From Squalus acanthias (Eukaryota): DNA of 64,000 nucleotides. The notes under the pieces are model-generated. The model searched no databases, had not been told where the DNA came from, and worked only from the letters and a program-made list of their open reading frames with translations. Each line of letters starts with the position of its first letter. The stretch's first letter is position 1. Below are positions 12,181 through 24,956 of this stretch, piece by piece. Location: contig CM059431.1 of the NCBI GenBank assembly GCA_030390025.1, forward strand, positions 150,290,001-150,354,000, read 5' to 3'. The position numbers were made by a program, and so were the translations under genes.

Positions 12181-12361
12181 CCAGCACCGAGGGCAGAATG
12201 GTTCTGGAGGAGACAGGCACAGCAGGGGCAACTATCACGAGCAGATGAAGAAGGATCCCTACGGCAACCTGATGACCCAGCGTGAGAAGGAGTGGGTCAG
12301 CAAGATCCAAATGATGCAGCTGCAGAGCGCAGACCCCTACCTGGATGATTACTACTATCAG
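12181..12361 (+). CDS. PATL1: PATL1 exon (QHRGQNG...[37 protein letters not shown])
   Basis: ctcAG acceptor and GTAGGA donor; near-identical to human [37 protein letters not shown]. Confidence 0.97.
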
Positions 12362-12504
12362 GTAGGAATGTCTGGGTGTGTCGGTGGAGGGGGGTCATTC
12401 AGCATTCACAAACCAGGCCCAGGCTCCATCCCCGGCTGGGCTGAGTTAGTTGGTCTCACCCGGTGTGGCACTGAGCGCCCTCCCCCCCCCACCCCTCCAC
12501 ACAA

Positions 12505-13067
12505 TTGATAAATGGAGAAGTTATGTTAAACTTGTATAGAACCTTGGGTAAACCACACTGGGAGTTACTGTGCACAGTTCTGGTCTCCATATCACACTGG
12601 GAGCACTGTGCACAGTTCTGGCCTCCATATCACACTGGGAGTACTGTGCACAGTTCTGGTCTCCATATCACACTGGGAGTACTGTGCACAGTTCTGGTCT
12701 CCATATCACACTGGGAGTACTGTGCACAGTTCTGGTCTCCATATCACACTGGGAGTACTGTGCACAGTTGTGATCTCCATATTACAAAAAGGATATACAG
12801 GAACTGGAGAAGGTGCAAAAAAGATTTACAAGGATGATAACCAGGTTATAATTAACAAGAAAGGCTGAACAGGCTGGGTCTCGAAAAGAGAAGGCTGAGG
12901 GGTCTTTAACATTGTGATAGGGTTTGATAGGGTAGACGTAGAGTCAATGTTTCCACGTGTAGGGGAGACCAAAGCTGGGGGCCATCACTATAAGATAGTC
13001 ACTCATAAATCTAATTGGGAATTCAGGAGAAACTTCTATACCTGGAGAGTGGTGAGAATGTGGAACT
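12505..13067 (+). mobile_element. Old CR1 fragment with an internal 38-bp tandem expansion; continues at 16276-16490
   Basis: EVMLNLYRTL...EYCAQFWSP; six copies of CACACTGGGAGTACTGTGCACAGTTCTGGTCTCCATAT at 12554-12782. Confidence 0.8.
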
Positions 13068-16000
13068 TGATATAATTGGGATTACGGAGACATGGCTCCA
13101 GGGTGACCAAGGCTGGGAATTCAACCTCCAGGGGTATTCAATATTCAGGAAGGACAGGCAAAAAGGAAAAGGAGGTGGGGGTAGCATTGCTGGTTAAAGA
13201 GGAGATTAACACAATAGTAAGGAAGGATATTAGCTCTGATGATGTGGAATCTGTATGGGTAGAGCTGAGAAATACCAAGGGGCAGAAAACGTTAGTGGGA
13301 GTTGTATACAGACCCCCAAACAGTAATGCTGAGGTTGGGGATGGCATTAAATGGGAAATTAGAGATGCGTGCAATAAGGGCACAGCAGTTATCATGGGTG
13401 ACTATAATCTACATATAGATTGGGCTAACCAAATTAGTAACAATAATGTTGGAAGAGGAATTCCGAGAGTGTATACGGGATGGTTTCCTGGACCAATATG
13501 AGGAACCAGCTAGAGATCAGGCCATCTTAGACTGGGTATTATACATAGATACATAGAAGATAGGAGCAGGAGTAGGCCATCCGGCCCTTCGAGCCTGCTC
13601 CGCCATTTAATGAGATCATGGCTGATCCTGCAATTCAGTATCCCGTCCCCGCCTTCTCTCCGTAACCCTTAACCCCTTTTGCCTGTAGAAATATATCTAA
13701 TTCCCTCTTAAATATATTTAATGAGCTGGCGTACACTGCCCTCTGTGGCAATGAGTTCCACAGGTTCACCACCCTCTGAGTGAAGAAATTCCCCCTCATT
13801 TCTGTCCTAAATGGTTTAGCCCTTATCCTTGAATTATGTCCTCTAGTTCTGTTCTCACCCGCCAAGGGAAACATTCCTTCTGCATCTAGTCTGTCTAGAC
13901 CTGTCAGAATTTTATACACTTCTATGAGGTCCCCTCTCAATCTTCTAAACTCCAGTGTAATGAGAAAGGATTAATTAGCAATCTTGTTGTGCGAGGCCCC
14001 TTGGGGAGGAGCGATCATAATATGATAGAATTCTTCATTAAGATGGAGAGTGAAGTAGTTGACTCAGAGACTAGGGTCCTGAATTTAAATAAAGGAAACT
14101 ACGATGGTATGAGGCGTGAGTTGGCTAGGATGGATTGGTGAATGTTACTTAAAGGGTTGACGGTGGATAGGCAATGGCAAACATTTAAAGATCGCATGGA
14201 TGAACTACAGAATTTGTTCATCCCTGTTTGGCATAAAAATAAAACAAAAAAGGTGACTCAACTGTGGCTAACAAGGGAAATTAGGGATAGCATAAGATCC
14301 AAGGAGAGGACATATAAATTGGCCAGAAAAAGCAGCAAACCTGAGGATTGGGAGCAGTTTAGGATTCAGCAAAGGAGGACAAAGGGATTAATTAAGAGGG
14401 GGGAAATAGAGTATGAGAGTAAGCTTGCAGGGAACATAAAAAACTGACTGTAAAAGCTTCTATAGATATGTGAAGAGAAAAAGATTGGTGAAGTCAAGCG
14501 TAGGTCCCTTGCAGTCAGAATCAGGGGAATTTATAATGGGGAACAAAGAAATGGCAGACCAATTAAATACATACTTTGGTTCTGTCTTCACAAAGGAGGA
14601 CACAAAAACTCCCAGAGATGTCGTGGAACATAGGGTCTAATGAGAGGGAGGAGCTGAATGAAATCAGTATTTGTAGGGAAATGGTGTTAGGGAAATTGAC
14701 AGGACTGAAGGCTGATAAATCCCCAGGGCCTGATAATCTACATCCTAGTGTACTTAAGGAAGTGGCCCTAGAAATAGTAGTTGCATTGCTGGTCATCTTC
14801 CAAAATTCTATAGACTCTGGAACAGTTCCCATGGATTGGAGGGTAGCTAATATAATACCACTATTTAAAAAAGGTGGTAGAGAGAAAACGGGGAATTATA
14901 GACCTGTAAGCCTGACATCGGTAGTGGGGAAAATGCTAGAGTCCATTACAAAAGATGTAATAGCAGAGCACTTGGAAAACAGTGACAGGATCGGACAAAG
15001 TCAACATGGATTTTCAAAAGGTAAATCGTGCTTGACTAATCTACTGCAATTTTTTGAGGATGTAACTGGTAGAATAGATAAGGGAGAACCAGTGGATGTG
15101 GTGTATTTGGACTTTCAGAAGGCTTTCGATAAGGTCCCACGTAAGAGATTAGCGTGCAAAGTTAAAGCACATGGGATTGGGGGTAATTTACTGTCTTGGA
15201 TAGAGAGCTGGTTGGCAGACAGGAAGCAAAGAGCTTGGAATAAACGGGTCTTTTTCCGAGTGGCAGGCAGTGACTAGTGGGGTACCGCAGGGATCGTTGC
15301 TAGGACCCTAGTTATTCACTATATATTAATGATCTAGACGAGGGAACTAGATGTAATATCTCTAAGTTTTCAGACGACACAAAGCTGGGTGGGCGTGTGT
15401 GCTGTGAGCAGGATGCAGAGAAACTCCAGTATGATTTGAACAGGTTGGGTGATTGGGCAGATGCATGGCAGATGAAGTATAATGTGGATAAATGCGAGGT
15501 TATCCACTTTGGTGGCAAAAACAGGAAGGCAGATTATTATCTGAACGGCAATAGATTGGGAAAAGGGGAAGTGCAATGAGACCTGGGTGTCCTTGTGCAC
15601 CAGTCGCTGAAGGTAAGCATGCAGGTGCAGCAGGCGGTTAAGAAGGCAAATGGTATGTTGGCCTTCATAGCGAGAGGATTTGCGTACAGGAGCAAGGATG
15701 TCTTGCTGCAGTTGTACAGGGCCTTGGTGAGACCACACCTTGAGTATTGTGTGCAGTTTTGGTCGCCTTATCTGAGGAAGGATGTTCTTGCCATGGAGGG
15801 AGTGCAGCGAAGATTCACCAGACTGATACCTGGGATGGCAGGAATGACGTATGAAGAGAGATTGGGTCGATTAGGCTTATATTCGCTAGAGTTTAGAAGA
15901 ATGAGAGGGGATCTCATTGAAATTTATAAAATTCGAACAGGACTAGACAGACGAGATGCAGGAAGGATGTTCCCGATGGCCGGGGAGTCCAGAACCAGGG

Positions 16001-16275
16001 GTCACAGTCTAAGGATAAGGGGTAAGCCATTTAGGACTGAGATGAGGAGGAATTTCTTCACCCAGAGAGTGGTGAACCTGTGGAATTCTCTACCACAGAA
16101 GGCTAGTTGAGGACAATTCATTAAATATATTCAAGAAGGAGTTGGATATATTTCTGAAGGCTAAGGGGATCAAGGGATATGGGGAGAAAGCAGGGACAGG
16201 GTACTGATTTCGATGATCAGCCATGATCGCATTGAATGGCGGAGCAGGCTCGAGGGGCCGAATGGCCTACTCCTG
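13068..16275 (+). mobile_element. CR1 LINE, near-complete degenerate ORF2 (APE endonuclease + RT) and 3' UTR
   Basis: DIIGITETW, GVVYRPP, IMGDYN, SDH, NYRPVSLTS, YLDFQKAFDKV, PQGS, FSDD; TTCTATGT tail; several frameshifts. Confidence 0.95.
13543..13955 (-). mobile_element. Young CR1 3' fragment nested in the 13068-16275 CR1
   Basis: Nearly identical to the 3' ends of the 30437-33420 and 43803-45798 copies (AEGMFPLAGENRTRGHN, AVYASSL). Confidence 0.92.
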
Positions 16276-16827
16276 CTCCTATCTTCTATGTTTCTATGGG
16301 AGTGGTTGAGGCAAATAGCATAGATGCATTTACAGGGGAAGCTCAATAAACACATGCAGGAGAAAGGAATAGGAGGACATGATGATGGGGTAAGATGAAG
16401 TAGGGTGGGTGGAGGTTGTGTGGAGCATAAACACTGGCACGGAGTAGATGGATCGAATGGCCTGTTTCTGTGCTGTAAAATTCAACGTAATTCTACATAA
16501 ATGTGACTACAACTGTTGGCTTGAGTAGAGGGTAACCGCTAACGCGGACTGGTTGGGCCGAATGGCCTTTTTGCGTGTTGTATATATTCTCTAAGTCCCA
16601 GGAGAGAGCGCCAGCAGTCCCAATCCTTCTACCTTTAACGGAGCTCCCTCTCGTTTTCCCATTCCGGGAGGTGGGACAATGTGGGAGGAGAGGACCCCCT
16701 TTTTCTCCTCCCCGCCCCCCCCCCCCACCAGCTCGATCGACACCTTGGATGGGAACTGAGGCCCAGAGACGTTCAAGTATATTAATGACTTGGGTGAAGG
16801 GACCGACTGTAATGTCGTCAAATTTAA

Positions 16828-17460
16828 CATAAGAACATAAGAAATAGGAGCAGGAATCGGCCAATTGGCCCCTCGAGCCTGCTCTGCCATTCAATAAGAT
16901 CATGGCTGATCTGATGCTAACCGCCAATCTACTATCACAGAACCATCTCCTGAACCGAACAGAATTGGACACACGAAATAGGAGCAGGATCAGGCTACAC
17001 GGCCCCTGGGCCCGCTACGCTACCCACAGGGCCATGACCGATCCGAACCTAGACTCATGTCCAAATTCCTGCCCGCTCCCCGTAACCCTTAATGCCCTTT
17101 ACTTCTGGGAAACTGTCTATTTCTGTTTTAAATTTATGTAATGATGTAGCTTCTACAGCTCTTTGGGGCAGCATATTCCATGGACCTACCACCCTCTGAG
17201 TGAAGTAGTTCCTTCTCATCTCAGTTTTGAAAGAGCAGCCCCTTATTCTAAGACTATGTCCCCTAGTTCTAGTTTCACCCATCATCGGGAACATCCTCCC
17301 CACATCCACCCGATCCAACCCCTTCACAATCTTATATGCTTCAATAAGATCGCCTCTCATTCTTCTGAACACCAATGAGTAGCGTCCCAATCTACCCAAC
17401 CTCTCCTCATATGTCCATCCCCTCATCCCCGGGATTAACCGAGTGAACCTTCTTTGTACT
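16828..17460 (-). mobile_element. CR1 3' fragment, long-3'UTR subfamily (also at 19437-20062)
   Basis: VQRRFTRLIPGMRGWTYEER...GIKGYGERAGIWT in both copies. Confidence 0.9.
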
Positions 17461-18385
17461 GATATTTGCTGCTGATACAAAGATATGTGGGAAAGCAAAT
17501 CGTGTGGAGGATGCAAAGAATCTCCAAAGGGATATAGATAGGCTAAGTGAGTGGACAAAATCTGGCAGATGGAGTTTAATGTGGGAAAATATGAGGTTTT
17601 CCACTTTGGTAGGAAAAATAAAAAAAGCAAATTATTATTTCAATGTGGAGAGATTACAAAATGCTGAGGTACAGAGGGATCTGGGGGTCCTTGTACATGA
17701 AACACAAAAAGTTAGCATGCAGGTACAGTAAGTAATTAGGAAGGCAAATGGAATGTTTGCCTTTATTGCAAAGGGGGATGGAGTATAAAAGTAGCGAAGT
17801 CCTGCTCCAACTGTACAGGGCGTTGGTGAGACCACACTTGAGTAGTGCGTGCAGTTTTGGTCTCCTTATTTAAGGAAGGATATACTTGCATTGGAGGCAG
17901 TTCAGAGAAGGTTCACGAGGTTGATTCCGGAGATGAAGGGGTTGTCTTATGAAGAAAGGTTGAGCAGGTTGGGCCTATACTCATTGGACTTTAGAAGAAT
18001 GAGAGGGGATCTTATTGAAACATGCAAGATTCTGAAGGGACTTGACAGATGGATGCTGAGAGGTTGTTTCCCCTCGAGGGGCAATCTAGAACTAGGGGGC
18101 ATAATTTCAGAATAAGGGGGCACCCATTTAAAACTGAAATGAGGAGGAATTTCTTCTCTCAGAGGGTCGTGAATCTTTGGAATTCTCTTCCCCAGAGAGC
18201 TGTGGAGGCTGGGTCATTGAATATATTCAAGGTGTAGATAGACAGATATTTGAACGATAAGGGAGTCGGGGGTTATGGGGAGCGGGCAGGGAAGTGGAGT
18301 TGAGGACAAGATCAGATCAGCCATGATCTTATTGAATGGCGGAGCAGGCTCGAGGGGCCGAATGACCTACTCCTGCTCCGACCTC
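17461..18385 (+). mobile_element. CR1 3' fragment
   Basis: LQRDIDRLSEW...QFWSPYLRKDILALEAVQRRFTR...WNSLPQ and 3' UTR. Confidence 0.9.
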
Positions 18386-18479
18386 TTAGGTTATGGGTAG
18401 CCAAGTCTGAAGGTGGTGGGTGGGTCCACCCCCACCCCCACCCCCGGTGTCGATCCGACTAAAGCAATTTGAAGTTCAT

Positions 18480-19175
18480 AGACCCGTAGAAACTTGCAGC
18501 ACAGAAGGAGGCCATTCGGCCCGTTGTGCCTGTGCCGGCTCTTTGAAAGAGCATCCCTGCTTTGTGTCCATAACCCTGTAAGTTGCTTATCCTCGAGTAA
18601 CTGTCCACAACCCCTTTTGAAAATTCCTGCTGGAATCAGCTTCCAGCACCTTTTCCAGGTCGAGCGTTCCCGATCCCGACAACACTGAGTGGAAAAAATT
18701 CTCCTCACCTCCCCTCCAGATCTTTTGCCCATGATTTTAAATCTGTGACCTCTGGTTATTAACCCACTCGCCAGAGGGAATCGTTTTTCCCTATCCACAC
18801 CTCTCATCATCCTGAAAACCTCCATTAGGTCACCTCTTAACCTTCTCTGTTCCTAGGAGAACAGTCTGAACTTTTCCAACCTCTCCTCCTAACTGAAGCC
18901 CCTCATCCCTGGTAACATCCTGGTAAACCTCGTCCGCAGCCCTTTCTGAGGCCTTGATATCCTTCCTGAAGTGTGGGGCCCAGAACTGTCCACAATACTC
19001 CGGCTGAGGCCTAGCCAGTGGTTTATAAAGTTCGCGCATGATCTCTTTGCTTTTATATTCTGTGCCTCTATTTATAAACCCAAGTAACTCGTATGCTTTT
19101 TTGACCACCTTATCAACTTGCCCTGCCGCCTTTAAGGAGTTGTGTCTATGGGGGCACCAAGGTCTCTCTGCTCAT
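18480..19175 (-). mobile_element. Old CR1 3' fragment
   Basis: VKKAYELLGFINRG...EYCGQFWAPHFRKDI on the minus strand. Confidence 0.8.
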
Positions 19176-19206
19176 CTGTTGTCGGCGTTCCTTTCTCCCA
19201 ACGTAG

Positions 19207-19330
19207 AACTACTTTGAGAGGTTGGAGAAGAAGCAGGCGGCTCTGGACTTGAACAACGAGGGGCCCAAGAAGGAACGGACCAAGTTGATCACGCCGCAGG
19301 TGGCCAAACTGGAGCACACATACCGGCCAG
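19207..19330 (+). CDS. PATL1: PATL1 exon ([41 protein letters not shown])
   Basis: cgtAG acceptor and GTAACC donor; matches human [23 protein letters not shown]. Confidence 0.97.
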
Positions 19331-19436
19331 GTAACCCCCCTAATCAAGGTGTCCGCGCCGTGCAGTCTCGTGTCAGGGGTCAGCGCTGGAATGGAATGAC
19401 AATGGCAGTCCTCGGGGGGTGGGGTGGGGGGTGGTA

Positions 19437-20062
19437 ACATAAGAGCATAAGAAATAGGAGCAGGAGTAGGCCAATTGGCCCCTCGAGCCTGCTCCGCCAT
19501 TCAATAAGATCATGGCTGATCTGATCCTAACTGCAGGATCAGGCTACACAGCCCCTAGGCCCGCTACGCTACCCACAGGGCCAAGACCGATCCAAACCTC
19601 GACTCATGTCCAAATTCCTGCCCGCTCCCCGTAACCCTTAATTCCCTTTACTTCTAGGAAACTGTCTATTTCTGTTTTAAATTTATGTAATGATGTAGCT
19701 TCTACAGCTCTTTGGGGCAGCATATTCCATGGACCTACCACCCTCTGAGTGAAGTCGTTCCTCCTCATCTCAGTTTTGAAAGAGCAGCCCCTTATTCTAA
19801 GACTATGCCCCCTAGTTCTAGTTTCACCCATCATTGGGAACATCCTCCCCGCATCCACCCGATCCAACCCCTTCACAATCTTATAGGTTTCAATAAGATC
19901 GCCTCTCATTCTTCTGAACTCCAATGAGTAGAGTCCCAATCTACTCAACCTCTCCTCGTATGTCCACCCCCTCATCCCCGGAATTAACCGAGTGAACCTT
20001 CTTTGTACTGCCTCGAGAGCAAGTATGTCTTTTCTTAAGTATGGACACCAAAACTGTATGCA
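19437..20062 (-). mobile_element. CR1 3' fragment
   Basis: ORF 19604-20131 (-) with QFWCPYLRKDILALE...; closely similar to 16828-17460. Confidence 0.9.
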
Positions 20063-20169
20063 GGGTTCTGAGTCATGAGCTGTGCCCTCGTACAACAACA
20101 ACAACTTGCATTTCCACAGCGCCTTCGACATAGCAAAATGTCCCAGGGCGCTTCACAAGAGCGCCGTCG

Positions 20170-20790
20170 CTAAGACCGCCTACTTTCACCTCCATAACAT
20201 GGCCCGAATCCGCTGCTGCTGAGGCCCTCGTGCATTCCTTTTTTCACCCTAGACTTGACTATTCCAGCGCACTCCTGGCCGGCCTCCCACATTCTACCCT
20301 CCGTAAACTCCAGGTCATCGAAAACTCTGCTGCCCCGTATCCTAACTCGCACCAAGTCCCCTTCACACATCAGCCCTGTGCTCGCTGACCCACATTAACT
20401 CCCAGTTAAGCAAGGCTTCAATTTTAAAATGCTCACCTTGCATTTTCAGATCCCTCCATGGCCTGGCCCCTCCCTACCTCTGTAATCTCCTCCAGCCCCA
20501 CCACCCTCCGAGATCTCCGCGCTGCTCCAATTCTGGCCTCTCGCGCATCCCCGATTTTAATCGCTCCACCATTGGTGCCTTCAGCTGCCATGGCTCTTAC
20601 CTCTGGAATTCCCTCCCTAAACCCCTCTGCCTCACAACCTCTCTTTCCTTCTTTCAGACCTCCTTAAAACCTACCTCTTTGACCAGCCCTAATATCTCCT
20701 GATGTGGCTCGCTGTCAAATTTTGTTTGGTAACACTTCTGGGAAGCGTCTTGATGTTTTACTATGTTACAGGCGCTATATAAATGCAAGT
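20170..20790 (+). mobile_element. L2 LINE 3' fragment
   Basis: KTAYFHLHN...RLDYS...LRKLQVIENSAA coding-like sequence; tail AGGCGCTATATAAATGCAAGT. Confidence 0.8.
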
Positions 20791-20825
20791 TATCATCAAT
20801 GTATCATTCTAACACTGAGCCACAG

Positions 20826-21697
20826 ATGGGACAGTGTAAAGGGAGCTTTACTCTGTATCTAACCCGTGCTGTACCTGCTCCGAGAGTGTTTGATGGGACA
20901 GTGTAGAGGGAGCTTTACTCTGTATCTAACCCGTGCTGTACCTGCCCTGGGAGTGTTTGATGGGACAGTGTAGATGGAGCTTTACTCTGTATCTAACCCT
21001 GTGCTGTACCTGCCCTGGGAGTGTTTGATGGGACAGTGTAGAGGGAGCTTTACTCTGTATCTAACCCGTGCTGTACCTGCCCTGGGAGTGTTTGATGGGA
21101 CAGTGCAGAGGGAGCTTTACTCTGCATCTAACCCTGTGCTGTACCTGCCCTGGGAGTGTTTGATGGGACAGTGTAGAGGGAGCTTTACTCTGTATCGAAG
21201 CCGTGCTGTACCTGCCCTGGGAGTGTTTGATGGGACAGTGTAGAGGGAGCTTTACTCTGTAACTAACCCGTGCTGTACCTGCCCTGGGAGTGTTTGATGG
21301 GACAGTGTAGAGGGAACTTTACTCTGCATCTAACCCATGCTGTACCTGCCCTGGGAGTGTTTGATGGGACAGTGTAGAGGGAACTTTACTCTGCATCTAA
21401 CCCCGTGCTGTACCTGCCCTGGGAGTGTTTGATGGGACAGTGTAGAGGGAGCTTTACTCTGTATCTGACCCGTGCTGTACCTGCCCTGGGAGAGTCTGAT
21501 GGGGACAGTGTAGAGGGAGCTTTACTCTGTATCTAACCCGTGCTGTACCTGCCCTGGGAGTGTTTGATGGGACACTGTAGAGGGAGCTTTACTCTGTATC
21601 TAACCCGTGCTGTACCTGCCCTGGGAGTGTTTGATAGGACAGTGTAGAGGGAGCTTTACTCTGTATCTAACCCATGCTGTACCTGTCCTGGGAGTGC
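20826..21697 (+). repeat. 67-bp minisatellite, about 13 copies
   Basis: Same unit as 4758-5183. Confidence 0.95.
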
Positions 21698-21774
21698 AGA
21701 GGAGCGATTTCCTGCCTTGTGCTTTGCTGGTTGGAGGGAGCTGCCGGTGCTGACGATTGGTTTATTGGTTACAG

Positions 21775-21872
21775 TGCAGTTCGAGGGGTCCTTGGGTAAA
21801 CTGACCGTGTCCAGCGTGAACAACCCTCGCAAGATGATCGACGCTGTGGTGACGACGCGCACGGACGATGAC
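21775..21872 (+). CDS. PATL1: PATL1 exon ([33 protein letters not shown])
   Basis: tacAG acceptor and GTAGGC donor; nearly identical to human; phases consistent on both sides. Confidence 0.97.
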
Positions 21873-22019
21873 GTAGGCACTGAAACGTTCCCGATTGTCC
21901 TCTTCCTTTTTCTTCCATTCTTTCAAGTTGCATTGGGTGACAGTCGCTGGGCACTGGCTGCCCTCTGTACCTAACCCAAGGGGCTAATCTTACCTCTGCG
22001 GCTCCACGCTGGGACTGCT

Positions 22020-22790
22020 GGGTTTCAGTGGGTAGCACTCTCTCGCCCTCTGAGTTACAGGGTCGTGGGTTCAAGCCCCACTCCAGCGACTCAAGCCCTC
22101 ATAATCCAGGCCGACATTCCCCCAGTACTGAGGGAGAGCCGCACTGTCGGAGGGCCAGTACTGAGGGAGCACTGCACTGTCAGAGAGGCAGTACTGAGGG
22201 AGCGCTACACTGTCGGAGGGGCCATACTGAGGGAGCGCTACACTGTCGGAGGGGCAGTACTGAGGGAGCGCTGCACTGTCAGAGGGGCAGTACTGATGTT
22301 GCGCTGCACTTTTGGAGGGGCAGTACTGAGGGAGCGCCGCACTGTCGGAGGGGCAGTACTGAGGGAGCGCTGCACTGTCGGAGGGGCAGTACTGAGGGAG
22401 CGCTGCACTGTCGGAGGGGCGGTACTGAGGGAGCGCTACACTGTCGGAGGGGCAGTACTGAGGGAGCGCTGCACTGTCGGAGGGCCAGTACTGAGGGAGC
22501 GCTGCACTGTAGGAGAGGCAGTACTGAGGGAATGCCGCACTGTCGGAGGGCCCCGTCTGCTTTCTTAGGTAGATGTAAAAGATCCATGGCCACTATTTCG
22601 AAGGCGAGCAGGGGGAGTTCTTCCTGGTGTCCTGGACCCAATATTTATCCCACTAGCCATTTCACTTAATCTTTTTTTTTATCGGGTCATTATCATGTTG
22701 CTGTTTCTGGGATCTTGCTGTGCGCAAATTGGCTGTGATGCGCTTTGGGACGTCCTGAGGTTGTGAAAGGCACGATATAAATAGGCGTTC
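22020..22790 (+). mobile_element. tRNA-headed Deu-SINE with an internal 33-bp expansion (about 13 copies, 22123-22550)
   Basis: A/B-box-like head (TCAGTGGGTAGCAC...GGTTCAAGCCC); unit CAGTACTGAGGGAGCGCTGCACTGTCGGAGGGG; SINE body resumes at GTAAAAGATCCATGGC. Confidence 0.8.
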
Positions 22791-23500
22791 TTTCGATGGG
22801 GCCTCACGGTTAAGCCTGATGCATGCACAGTTCCGCCGGGCAACTAGAAAGTGGAACCATGGTTGATTATCCCCGGCCCATTTCCCTACCCTGGGCTGAG
22901 GTACCGACATCCACCGTCCGACAACAGCCTGGCTGGGGTCGGGTCAGGACACTCGACACTGACCGGGGATGGACACTGTCTCTTTCCACTGTGTCTGTAT
23001 CTCCGAGTCTGTCTGTGTGTGAGAGTCTGTCTGTCTGCCCTCTGTGGGCCCCCCTCTGCCCCTTGGTGGGTGCCCCTCGGTGGGCCGCGCTCTGTGCCCC
23101 CCCCCCCCCCCCGCCTTCGGTGGGCCCCCCCTCTGCCCTTGTCTGTGCGTGCACGGTGGATTAATAGACAGTCATCATGGGGTAAGGGAGGTACCAAGGG
23201 CAACAGGTGTATCTACATTTCCCCCCCCCCCCACCCCACCTTTCCCCGCAACTGAGCCTCAGGGAGGGTGACCGAGGGCTACAGTTGTATCTGGAGACTC
23301 CCACCCCACCCCCCGCATTGACACCCAGGTCTCAGCCCCAGCTAATTTTTGCATTTAAGTCGCGGGTGAGCGCGGGAGTTCCGCAGAGAGTGGGGCTTGT
23401 CCTCCCAGAGAGAGGGGCGTAGAATCGGAAGAGAAATGTTTGAGAATCCCTGTTGAGTTTTATTCCAGGCTCTAAACCTCTGCCCTTTTCCCCACTTTAG

Positions 23501-23560
23501 GAGACTAAAGAGAAGCAAGTGCGGGACAAGAGGCGACAGACACTCTACACCATTGAGCGG
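23501..23560 (+). CDS. PATL1: PATL1 exon (ETKEKQVRDKRRQTLYTIER)
   Basis: tttAG acceptor and GTGAGT donor; human ETKEKQVRDKRRKTLVIIEK. Confidence 0.96.
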
Positions 23561-23699
23561 GTGAGTGCTCTTCATCCCAGCTTCCTGGAGGGTGGGAGGC
23601 ACGCCTGCCTTGGGAATAACCTCAGGATTTGGATCAGGTGGAACAAGCGCTTAAATCAATAATGCAGCAAGTTACCCCCTCACACCTGCCTCTCCTCCC

Positions 23700-24215
23700 C
23701 CTGTGTTACTGACTCGATCTCCACTGATAATCCAGCTCCCTCACACTGTCACTCAGTGACCCCTCTCCCCCAGCGCCCTGTGTTACTGACTGAATCTCTA
23801 CTGATGTTAATCCAGCTCCCTCACACTGTCACTCAGTAACCTCTCCCCCCAGAGCCCTGTGTTACTGACTGTATCTCTACTGCTGTTAATCCAGCTCCCT
23901 CACACTGTCACTCAGTAACCCTTCCCCCCCAGCAACCTGTGTTACTGACTGTATCTCTACTGATGTTAATCCAGCTCCCCCATACTGTCACTCAGTAACC
24001 CCTCTCCCCCAGCGCCCTGTGTTACTGACTGTATTTCTACTGATGTTAATCCAGCTCCCTCACACTGTCACTCAGTAACTCCTCTCTCTCCCAGCGCCCT
24101 GTGTTACTGACTGTATTTCTACTGATGTTAATCCAGCTCCCTCACACTGTCACTCAGTAACTCCTCTCTCTCCCAGCGCCCTGTGTTACTGACTGTATCC
24201 CTACTGATAATCCAG
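23700..24215 (+). repeat. About 79-bp minisatellite, about 6.5 copies
   Basis: CTGTGTTACTGACTGTATCTCTACTGATGTTAATCCAGCTCCCTCACACTGTCACTCAGTAAC... in tandem. Confidence 0.93.
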
Positions 24216-24956
24216 ATGTTGATCACTGTCCCATCACCCTGTCTGAGGTGAGGGGAGACTCGGGTTAGATACAACCTGTCTCTGCCCTGCATGTTGCCCC
24301 AGTTAAGAAAGTTTAAAGTCAATGATGCATTGAAGGGAAGCTCGATAAGCTCGCGAGGGAGAAAGGAATCGAAGGATATGTGTATCGGGTAAGATGAAGT
24401 AAGGGAGGGAGGAGGCTCATGTTGAGCTTCAACACCGGCACGGACCAGTTGGGCCGAATGGCCTTGTTTCTATGCTGTAACGTTCTATGTGATTCTACCT
24501 GAACGCCAATTAAAATTCTCTCTGCTTGGCCGCAGTGTGACATGTTTTCCTTGTGTCACAGCTACCTGAGGGAGAGGAAGGGGGAAGAGGGTGACGGGGG
24601 CGAGGGAGGGGGCGGGGGGTGGAGGGAGGGCGGGAGGAGGGCGGTAGGGGTGGAGGGCGGGTGGAGGGCGGGAGAGAGAAGGGTGAGTGCGAGCGAGGGG
24701 GAGGGAAAGGGCGGGGGGAGGGGCAGTTGGGCAAAAGAGAGTGTGGCAGTGAAATTCAATCTGCATCTGTCTGGGGCTTGATTGGAGCCTGTCCCAGGGG
24801 GTGAAAGGCCATCTCTGACCCCCTACCCGCACACCCAGTCCCCCACCAGAGAGAGGAGCCCGTCATCCCTCGCTCGATGTGGGACTGGATTTGACCTCCA
24901 GCTGTCAGGGTGTGAAAGATCAGTGTGTCTTTTTTTAATTCATTTGCGGGATGTAG

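Noticed and set aside
6020..12508. 2162-, 1976- and 1908-aa ORFs
   Set aside because: All three frames are open only because the repeat lacks A and so lacks stop codons; only 12181-12361 is real coding sequence.
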